Shown here piece after piece: positions 1-7,192 of a stretch of 16,890 nucleotides of DNA (the first letter of the stretch is position 1; every line of letters starts with the position of its first letter). The DNA comes from Candidatus Sulfobium sp. (lineage in GTDB: Bacteria; Nitrospirota; Thermodesulfovibrionia; Thermodesulfovibrionales; UBA6898), in the NCBI GenBank assembly GCA_037380845.1, contig JARRRI010000030.1, forward strand, positions 26,134 through 43,023, given 5' to 3'. A program made the translations under genes and the position numbers. The notes beneath the pieces were generated by a model. It was given only the letters and a program-made list of their open reading frames with translations. It made no database searches and was not told where the DNA came from.

Positions 1-1609
1 TGTTTTCATCCGATTTACGCGTGCCGGTCCCGGTAAGGTCCTCCTCCTTGAGGAGCTTGTACTCAATGCTGTCCACCAGCGCCTTGTAAGATGCCTCGAT
101 GATATTTTCAGACACCCCCACAGTCCCCCACCGGTTGTCGTCGTCGCCCGACTCGATGAGGACCCTCACCTTGGCGCTCGTCCCTCTTTCGGCCGTCAGA
201 ACACGTACCTTGTAATCGAGAAGTTTTACGTCCTTCAGCTCCCTCGAAAAGGATTTCTCCAGGGCCTTCCTCAATGCCTTGTCCAGGGCGTTTACCGGTC
301 CCTTCCTGCTTTCCGCCACCGTATGCTGGACGTCGTTGCCTACCTTCAGCTTTATCGTAGCTTCGCTGATGGGCTCCTCCCTCCTCGTCCTTCTTTCGAC
401 AATGACCCTGAATTCTATCAGGTCAAAAAACTGTTTGTGAAGCCCGAGGGCCCTCTTCATAAGCAATTCGAACGAAGCCTCGGCCCCCTCGAACTGGTAA
501 CCCTGGTTTTCGAGTTCCTTGAGATCCCGGACGATCTGCTGCACCTCCGGGGAATCGCCTGACAGCTTTATCCCGAACTCCTCGGCTTTCCTCAGGATGT
601 TGCTTTTGCCCGCCTGGTCGGATATGAGAATGCGGCGGGAATTTCCGACCAGTTCAGGGACGATGTGTTCATAGGTACCCGGATGCCTGATGATCGCGCT
701 GACGTGCATGCCCGCCTTATGGGCAAAAGCGCTGTCCCCCGTATATGGCTGGCGTTTGAAATGCCCGAGATTCGCTATCTCGTCAACGAATCGTGACACC
801 CCGCGCAGCTCCTGCAGTCGCTCCGCCCCTATGCACTGAAGTCCCACTTTAAGTTCGATATTTGCTATGATCGAAATCAGGTTCGCGTTGCCGCATCGCT
901 CGCCTATTCCGTTTATCGTTCCCTGCACCTGAGAGGCCCCGGCCTCCACGGCAATAATCGAACTGGCCACGGCGCAATCTATATCGTTGTGGACATGAAT
1001 GCCGACGGGAGTCCTGAAATCTCCCACGACCTTCCTGACCATATTCCGGACAGCGGATGTCATGGTCCCTCCGTTGGTGTCACAGAGCACCAGACAATCG
1101 GTGCCGGCGTCCTCGGCCGCTGCCAGGCACTTTAAGGCATATTCCGGATTGTTTCTGTACCCGTCAAAGAAGTGCTCAGCATCCATAAAAACCTTATCCG
1201 TATACTTCTTAAGATAAGCAACGGAACCGTGGATAATATCGAGGTTCTCTTCGAGGGACACACGCAGCGCCTCCCTGACATGGAAGTCCCATGTCTTCCC
1301 GAAAATAGTGATAGCAGGGGTTTCAGCCTTGATGAGCCCCTTCAAAATTGCGTCTTGTGAAGGCTTCTTTTTCGGATGACAGGTGCTGCCGAAGGCAACC
1401 ACCGCCGATTTCGAGAGCCTCAGCTTCCCGATCTTTCCAAAATATTCCACGTCCCGGGGGTTGGCGCCGGGCCAGCCGCCCTCGATATAGTGTACACCCA
1501 GCTCATCAAGCCGCCGGGTGATCCGGATCTTGTCCTCCACCGAAAAGGCGATGTCCTCCGACTGGCCCCCGTCCCTCAGTGTTGTGTCATAAACCTCTAT
1601 TTTTCGCAT
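1..1609 (-). CDS. cimA: Citramalate synthase (alpha-isopropylmalate synthase/LeuA family, CimA type); stop codon lies beyond the left window edge
   Basis: Not in the ORF track; ends translated by hand. ATG at 1609 gives MRKIEVYDTTLRDGGQSEDIAFSVEDKIRITRRLDELGVHYIEGGWPGANP (DRE-TIM motif DTTLRDG plus CimA-typical IEGGWPGANP). The 3' part in the same frame reads ALVDSIEYKLLKEE, typical of the CimA C-terminus. Lies 17 nt downstream of aspartate kinase. Confidence 0.93.
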   Translation of the reverse strand, partial: MRKIEVYDTTLRDGGQSEDIAFSVEDKIRITRRLDELGVHYIEGGWPGANPRDVEYFGKIGKLRLSKSAVVAFGSTCHPKKKPSQDAILKGLIKAETPAITIFGKTWDFHVREALRVSLEENLDIIHGSVAYLKKYTDKVFMDAEHFFDGYRNNPEYALKCLAAAEDAGTDCLVLCDTNGGTMTSAVRNMVRKVVGDFRTPVGIHVHNDIDCAVASSIIAVEAGASQVQGTINGIGERCGNANLISIIANIELKVGLQCIGAERLQELRGVSRFVDEIANLGHFKRQPYTGDSAFAHKAGMHVSAIIRHPGTYEHIVPELVGNSRRILISDQAGKSNILRKAEEFGIKLSGDSPEVQQIVRDLKELENQGYQFEGAEASFELLMKRALGLHKQFFDLIEFRVIVERRTRREEPISEATIKLKVGNDVQHTVAESRKGPVNALDKALRKALEKSFSRELKDVKLLDYKVRVLTAERGTSAKVRVLIESGDDDNRWGTVGVSENIIEASYKALVDSIEYKLLKEEDLTGTGTRKSDEN

Positions 1610-1615
1610 AGTTCT

Positions 1616-1643
1616 ATTATACGCCCTTAGCCCGACAGCCCAA
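1616..1643 (-). promoter_or_regulatory. Putative sigma70 promoter for a leaderless cimA transcript
   Basis: On the minus strand, TTGGGC-N16-TATAAT, with the perfect -10 hexamer (1621-1616) 6 nt upstream of the cimA ATG. No Shine-Dalgarno in the 17-nt gap. Confidence 0.5.
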
Positions 1644-2844
1644 AGGTCTCATGCAGTACCCTTACGGCCAATTCAGTGAACTTAAGGTCTATAACGCAGG
1701 ACACCTTTATTTCCGAGGTGCTTATCATGATAATGTTGATACTGTGGCCTGCAAGAGTCTGAAACATGCGCGCCGCAACACCCGAGTGGGTCCTCATGCC
1801 TACGCCTACGACCGAGACCTTGCTGATATCGTCCCTCATGTCGACCCTCAGGGCGCCGAGTTCCGCTGCAATTTTCCCGGTGACATCAAGTGCCTTTTTC
1901 GAGTCGGTCTTCGGAACGGTAAAGGAAATGTCCGCGGACTTTCCGTCGCTGCTGATATTCTGGACTATCATGTCAACCACGATATTCGTCGAAGCGATGG
2001 CCTCAAACAATTTTGCTGCTATTCCAGGCCTGTCGGGGACGTTCACAATCGTGATCTTGGCCTGATTCTTGTCATATGCAATGCCCGACACAACAACATT
2101 TTCCATGTCCTTATCCTCCTCCACTACGAGAGTACCGGCATTATCACTGAAGCTCGACCTGACAACCAGAGGGACGTTATATTTCTTCGCGAATTCAACG
2201 GACCTGGTCTGGAGGACCTTTGCCCCCAGACTTGCCAGTTCCAGCATCTCTTCATAAGAAATCTTATCGAGTTTCCTGGCACCGGCAACAATATTGGGGT
2301 CCGTGGTATATACGCCGTCCACATCAGTATAGATTTCGCACAGGTCGGCCCCGACCGCAGCGGCTATCGCCACCGCCGAAAGGTCTGAACCGCCGCGCCC
2401 CAGAGTCGTTACCTCGGTCTCTCCTTCCGTCACCCCCTGAAATCCGGCAATGACGACTATATCGCCGTCCGCCAGCGCCTTCTTCACCTTTTCTCCCGAT
2501 ATCCTTTCGATCTTCGCCTTTGTATGGACCTTGTCGGTTATAATTCCCGCCTGTCGTCCGGTGAGGGCCTTCGCTCTATATCCCAGTGCCTCGATGGCCA
2601 TAGCGGTAAGAGCGCTGGTTACGCGCTCGCCGGAAGAAAGGAGCATATCCATTTCCCTGTCATTGGGCGCCGCAGATATTTGATGGGCAAAATCGATCAG
2701 CTTGTCCGTTTCGCCCGCCATTGCGGAAACAACGACCACGACGCTGTTGCCCTGCCCGGCCGTCCCCGTGACCCTCTCGGCAACAGCCTTGATCCTCTCC
2801 ACGCTGGCAACGGATGTCCCGCCGTATTTCTGAACAATCACCAC
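1627..2844 (-). CDS. lysC: Aspartate kinase (monofunctional, kinase domain plus two ACT domains)
   Basis: 405 aa. Motifs [77 protein letters not shown] upstream of the GTG start. Confidence 0.97.
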   Translation of the reverse strand: MVIVQKYGGTSVASVERIKAVAERVTGTAGQGNSVVVVVSAMAGETDKLIDFAHQISAAPNDREMDMLLSSGERVTSALTAMAIEALGYRAKALTGRQAGIITDKVHTKAKIERISGEKVKKALADGDIVVIAGFQGVTEGETEVTTLGRGGSDLSAVAIAAAVGADLCEIYTDVDGVYTTDPNIVAGARKLDKISYEEMLELASLGAKVLQTRSVEFAKKYNVPLVVRSSFSDNAGTLVVEEDKDMENVVVSGIAYDKNQAKITIVNVPDRPGIAAKLFEAIASTNIVVDMIVQNISSDGKSADISFTVPKTDSKKALDVTGKIAAELGALRVDMRDDISKVSVVGVGMRTHSGVAARMFQTLAGHSINIIMISTSEIKVSCVIDLKFTELAVRVLHETFGLSG

Positions 2845-2968
2845 GAATGGAAAACCTCCTCGATGCTCATAAAATAACCGTCAGCTCCATGACCATGTCC
2901 GACCTCGTTACGGCCCAAACCGAAACTGCTTATGTAAAGTCGTATGGCCTCCTCCGCGGCTTTCACGA

Positions 2969-4185
2969 CTAAGGAATCCTTTCTCCCCTGATGAAATAAT
3001 CCATTAAGGCATGCCCTTTTTCAAAAATAAGAATACCCTCTTTGTCGACTATCCGTTCATCAAAGGTCAGCCCCTCATTCATCTGCACGCTGGCACTGTC
3101 AAAAAGGATAAAAGGCACGGGGTCGGCCGTATGGGTTCTCAGTTCCAGCGGTGTCGGATGGTCGGGAAGCAGCAATACCCTGTAATCCACAAATTCCTTC
3201 AACCCTTTCATTACGGGCCCGACCACAAGGGAGTCGAAGTCTTCTATCGCGCGTATCTTGTCTCCGCAATCGCCGGAATGTCCCGCTTCGTCAGGGGCTT
3301 CGACGTGTATATATACAAAATCGGCACTGTTCAAAGCCTTCAGCGCCGCCTCCGCTTTGCCTCTGTAATTGGTGTCGAGGTAACCGGTAATCCCCGGCAC
3401 ATCCAATATCTCAAAACCGGCGTAGATGCCAAGCCCCTTTGTGAGGTCTACGGCGGAAATCAGGGCACCCCGCAGCGCATATTTTTCCCGGAAGGTCGGC
3501 ATTGCAGGCTTCCTGCCCTGCCCCCAGAACCATACGCTGTTGCCGGGGTTCTTCCCTTTTTCCAGCCTCCTCCTGTTCACGGGATGGCCGGTCAGTATTT
3601 CGACGGACTCGGCCATCATCTCCCTCAGCACTTCCCCGCCCCTGCCCGACGGAAGATATTCAGCGATGTCTTTCCCGAGTATGTCATGAGGGGGAACGCA
3701 GCGGACATCATCGGGCCCGCCGGACCAGACCATGAGATGTCGGTAACTCACCCCGGGGTGAAATTTGATGACTTCTGTCCCCAGTCTCCTGTCCAGGTCT
3801 AATATGAGTTCTCTGGCCTCCCCAGTCGTAATGTGACCACTGCTATAATCCTCCATCACGACCCTGCTCCCGTCATCACCGTGTTTGAGAGTGACGAGAT
3901 TACACCGGAAGGCAACATCATCCCCGGAAAGTGATACGCCTATGCTGGCCGCTTCAAGAGGTGCCCGGCCGGTATAAAATGGGGGTCGTAGCCAAGTATG
4001 CTGAGGTTTGCGACGTCGGATCCGGGATGCATCCCTTTCGGAACAGTCCTTACCCTGCCGGGTCTCCCGACCACCGACATCCTGTCCATGTTGGGAGTCG
4101 AAGCTCTTTGCAGAGGAGTCCTGCCCCCCAATTCACTCACCGGCCTGTCGGCCATTCCGTCGCCGATAATTACAACGTATTTCAT
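2969..4185 (-). pseudogene. apgM: Cofactor-independent phosphoglycerate mutase, ApgM type ('proposed homoserine kinase' family), split by a frameshift at about 3976-3985 (true lesion or sequencing error)
   Basis: The 5' ORF 4185-3940 has [13 protein letters not shown] and [15 protein letters not shown]. After a one-base frame change the reading continues [31 protein letters not shown] into the 3' ORF 3859-2969, which has GVSYRHL, PPHDI, WFWGQG, ITGYLDTNY, HVEAPDEAGH and PDHPTP (alkaline phosphatase superfamily metal ligands). The span is 1217 nt, not a multiple of 3. Confidence 0.9.
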
Positions 4186-4342
4186 AACAATCTCATAACT
4201 GAATATATATATTTACCGGAAAATCTCCCGCCCAGCCGCAGGCAGGCCTCATTGCCGGACGAGTTCCGAAAGCTTTCGGCAATTTGACAAAGGGATGGAG
4301 AGATATTTCTAGACCAGGGTCCCCGTCAACGCTTTGACAGCT

Positions 4343-4582
4343 CTATTCGACAAGATCTCCCTCGACGGATTCCACCTCTATCCCCTTCTCTCTGAGCCAG
4401 TCGATTCCTTTTCCGAGGTCCTGTTCGCCGCCCTCGAGTTCAAGGATCATTTCGCCTACCGTTTCGGTAACCCTGGCCCTTCTTATATTCGGCATAACGT
4501 TGAACTGTTTCGCCATGGTAAAGATGACCGGCTCCTTGATGAGGTGCTGCGGGAAGGTCAGTTTTACCCTCTTTTTCATCAC
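4343..4582 (-). CDS. Standalone NIL-domain protein
   Basis: 79 aa with KLTFP...EPVI...NIRRARV...GEMILELEG...GIDWL...GIEVE, the NIL (MetN C-terminal/ferredoxin-associated) pattern. The GTG start overlaps the TGA of the upstream sulfur-carrier gene (GTGA), with an AGGAGG SD. Confidence 0.85.
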   Translation of the reverse strand: MMKKRVKLTFPQHLIKEPVIFTMAKQFNVMPNIRRARVTETVGEMILELEGGEQDLGKGIDWLREKGIEVESVEGDLVE

Positions 4583-4866
4583 TCCTCCTGTTTTCCTCCG
4601 CCGGCGATTGCCGGAACGATCGACACCTCATCTCCGTCTTTCACCATAGTCTGTTCGGCCTCGAGGAACCTGATATCTTCATCGTTGAGATAGATGTTTA
4701 CGAACCTCCTGATCTTTCCGTTTTCGGATATCCGCTCCGCGATTCCCGGATATCTGGCCTCAAGGTCATCTACCAGTTCCATGACGGTTCCGGGATTTCC
4801 CTCGACCTCTTCCTTGCCCTTCGTCAGCCGCTGAAGCGGCGTCGGGATTCTTACCTTCACTGCCAT
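4579..4866 (-). CDS. MoaD/ThiS/CysO-family ubiquitin-like sulfur carrier protein with a C-terminal extension after the GG motif
   Basis: 95 aa: VKVRIPTPLQRLT...RRFVNIYLNDEDIRFL...DGDEVSIVPAIAGG-GKQEE. Strong AAGGAGG SD. Confidence 0.93.
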   Translation of the reverse strand: MAVKVRIPTPLQRLTKGKEEVEGNPGTVMELVDDLEARYPGIAERISENGKIRRFVNIYLNDEDIRFLEAEQTMVKDGDEVSIVPAIAGGGKQEE

Positions 4867-4899
4867 TTATGTTCCTCCTTGCAGTCGCAGAGCCTGTGG

Positions 4900-6141
4900 T
4901 CAGCGACCTTTGTTGATGTTTTCAAGGACCTCTTCGAATGAGGCCAGATTCGGTTTTATATAATGGGGCGACCGTGCATGCCCCTGCAGCGCCTCCTGGG
5001 TCTTCAACCCGTTGCCCGTGATACATATAACAGTGGATTCATCCTTTCTTATCTTCCCCGTCTCGATGAGTTTCTTCGCACAGGCCAGCGTAACGCCGCC
5101 GGCCGTCTCTGCAAACACTCCTTCGGTCCGGGCAAGGAGTTTGATCGCGTCGATGATCTCCTGATCGCTTGCGTCTTCGGCATAACCGTCCGTTTCCTTT
5201 ATCACCTGCGTCGCGTAGTAGCCATCGGCCGGATTGCCGATCGCCAGTGATTTCGCTACGGTATCAGGCTTCACCGGCCGGATAACGTCCGTATTGTTTT
5301 TCACTGCCGTCGTTATCGGACTGCATCCGGTCGCCTGGGCGGCAAAAACCCTGGTATTGAGGTCCTTCAGGATACCGATCTCCCTGAGTTCCTTGAAGCT
5401 CTTCCATACCTTGGTAAGCAGAGAGCCGCTCGCGCAGGGAACCACTACATTGTCGGGGGCCTTCCATCCCAGCTGTTCTATGACCTCAAAGCCCAGCGTC
5501 TTGGAACCCTCGGCATAGAAAGGACGGATGTTAATATTTACAAAGGCCCAGCGGTATTTGTTCGCCACCTCGCTGCAAAGCCTGTTGACATCATCATAAT
5601 TTCCGTCGACGGCGATAAGGTTGGGCTCGTATACCAGGGATGCAACGATCTTGCTTGCCTCCAGGGAAGCGGGGATAAAAATAAACCGTTCGAATTCCCC
5701 CCTTGCGCCGTGCGCCGACACGGAGTGTGCGAGATTGCCCGTAGAGGCACAGGCCACAGTGTCGAATCCGAACTCCCCGGCCTTAGTTAGCGCAACTGAG
5801 ACAACCCTGTCTTTAAACGAAAGCGTAGGGTGAACGACAGTATCATCCTTAATATAGAGGTCAGCCACGCCCAGGGCCTTTGCCAGGTTGTCGGCCTTCA
5901 ACAGGGGCGTGAACCCGGAATTCAGGCCCACCTTCGGCTCGCCGTCTATGGGCAAAAGCTCCCTGTATCTCCAGAGGTTTTTGTCGCGCTTCCCGATTTC
6001 CTCCCTGCTCAACGCCCTTGCTATGCTTTCGTAGTCATACGAAACTTCAAGCGGTCCGAAACAGAATTCGCAGACATAAATAGGTTCAATAGGATATTCC
6101 CTTCCGCATTCCCTGCACTTAAGCGCCTTTATATGTCCCAT
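4900..6141 (-). CDS. thrC: Threonine synthase-like PLP enzyme (fold type II); possibly a sulfur-carrier-dependent O-phosphohomoserine sulfhydrylase
   Basis: 413 aa. N-terminal CRECG/CEFCFGPL zinc ribbon, LWRYRELLP, PLP lysine motif PTLSFKDR, CASTGN, EGSKT, AQATGCSPI, SLAIGNPADG, ITGNGLK. GGGAGG SD. The family is certain; the exact activity is not. Confidence 0.9.
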   Translation of the reverse strand: MGHIKALKCRECGREYPIEPIYVCEFCFGPLEVSYDYESIARALSREEIGKRDKNLWRYRELLPIDGEPKVGLNSGFTPLLKADNLAKALGVADLYIKDDTVVHPTLSFKDRVVSVALTKAGEFGFDTVACASTGNLAHSVSAHGARGEFERFIFIPASLEASKIVASLVYEPNLIAVDGNYDDVNRLCSEVANKYRWAFVNINIRPFYAEGSKTLGFEVIEQLGWKAPDNVVVPCASGSLLTKVWKSFKELREIGILKDLNTRVFAAQATGCSPITTAVKNNTDVIRPVKPDTVAKSLAIGNPADGYYATQVIKETDGYAEDASDQEIIDAIKLLARTEGVFAETAGGVTLACAKKLIETGKIRKDESTVICITGNGLKTQEALQGHARSPHYIKPNLASFEEVLENINKGR

Positions 6142-6357
6142 GCAGCTACCTCCCGGAAACCAAGTACTATTATTTTAAATCATTATTTTACTTTAAACTG
6201 CGGATAATTTAAAGAAAATTCCCCGGGATGGCCCCGAGGAGACGTGTGGCATGAGTCGTGGATAGCGAGGCATGAAAAGTTCCAATGCAGGGGCTCTTTC
6301 AGGATAGAGTCAAAAGGAGATAACATGCTTCGGAACACGCCCTTATCTGAGTGGTAA

Positions 6358-6366
6358 TGTTATAAT
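6358..6366 (+). promoter_or_regulatory. Extended -10 promoter element (TGnTATAAT) upstream of dedA
   Basis: TGTTATAAT at 6358-6366 is a perfect extended -10 consensus, 57 nt before the dedA start, in a divergent intergenic region. Confidence 0.6.
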
Positions 6367-6423
6367 AACCTATTCATGTAGACGGGCGGGCCTTCTGCTG
6401 CGGCTTCCCCGGGGTTAAATAAT

Positions 6424-7068
6424 TTGGACATACTGCATGCTTTTATAGATATCTTTCTGCATCTCGACAGGCACCTCAGCGTAGTCATAGACAATTATGG
6501 GGCTTGGACATATCTAATTCTTTTCCTGATCATTTTCTGTGAAACAGGCCTGGTTGTCACCCCCTTTCTCCCGGGCGATTCCCTGCTTTTTGCCGCAGGT
6601 ACATTCGCAGCCGGCGGTGCCATGGAGGTTGAATGGCTTTTCCCCTTGCTCAGTCTCGCTGCCATAGGGGGAAATACCGTCAACTACTGGATAGGCTACC
6701 GCGTTGGTCCGAAGGTTTTTCACAAAAAACACGTCCGTTTTCTCAATAAGGAATATCTCGACCGCACACATCGCTTTTATGAGAAGCACGGCGGAAAGAC
6801 CATCGTCATAGCAAGGTTTATCCCGATAATCCGCACCTTCGCCCCCTTTGTTGCCGGCGTCGGCTTCATGACACATTGGCGCTTTACCTTTTACAATGTT
6901 ACTGCCGGCATTGCCTGGGTGGGTTTATTCCTCTTTGCGGGTTACTATTTCGGCAAGCTTCCACTGGTGAGAAACAACTTCTCACTCGCCATCGTGGCCA
7001 TTATACTGATATCAATCCTGCCCGGCGTGATAGAATACCTCCGGCACCGTTACCGCCTCGCCCGGTGA
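6424..7068 (+). CDS. dedA: DedA family membrane protein (SNARE-associated/VTT domain)
   Basis: 214 aa. Motifs IIFCETGLVVTPFLPGDSLLFAAG, GNTVNYWIG, FYEKHGGKTIVIARFIPIIRTFAPFVAG. TTG start. Confidence 0.96.
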   Translation: MDILHAFIDIFLHLDRHLSVVIDNYGAWTYLILFLIIFCETGLVVTPFLPGDSLLFAAGTFAAGGAMEVEWLFPLLSLAAIGGNTVNYWIGYRVGPKVFHKKHVRFLNKEYLDRTHRFYEKHGGKTIVIARFIPIIRTFAPFVAGVGFMTHWRFTFYNVTAGIAWVGLFLFAGYYFGKLPLVRNNFSLAIVAIILISILPGVIEYLRHRYRLAR

Positions 7069-7192
7069 CCGCCGACCGGAGATCATTTTACTTAGTATTG
7101 GTCGTCCCGCAAAAAGTTTCGACTTCGTAAATGGGCAGTGATTCATAAGAAGCGCAGACTCCGTTCATCCGTCATTAAACCACTGTGTTGCC

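Noticed and set aside
323..1630. Short plus-strand ORFs in the track (323-562, 999-1217, 1172-1360, 1376-1630)
   Set aside because: They are antisense shadows of cimA, which the track missed because its stop lies outside the window.
2845..2968. Possible lysine riboswitch upstream of aspartate kinase
   Set aside because: The 124-nt spacer is too short and lacks recognisable L-box core elements or a terminator.
2969..3859. 296-aa and 81-aa (3940-4185) ORFs as two separate genes
   Set aside because: Conserved ApgM sequence runs continuously across both in shifted frames, so they are one frameshifted gene.
6142..6423. SAM-I riboswitch or T-box ahead of the thrC-like operon
   Set aside because: Only a CTTATC fragment was seen, on the wrong strand. 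No kink-turn, GCAAC or T-box/terminator architecture.
7069..7192. Bidirectional terminator or IS-end-like sequence (GTCCCGCAAAAAGT, GACTTCGTAAA) between convergent dedA and UPF0182
   Set aside because: No convincing hairpin with U-tract, no partner inverted repeat, no target duplication and no transposase.
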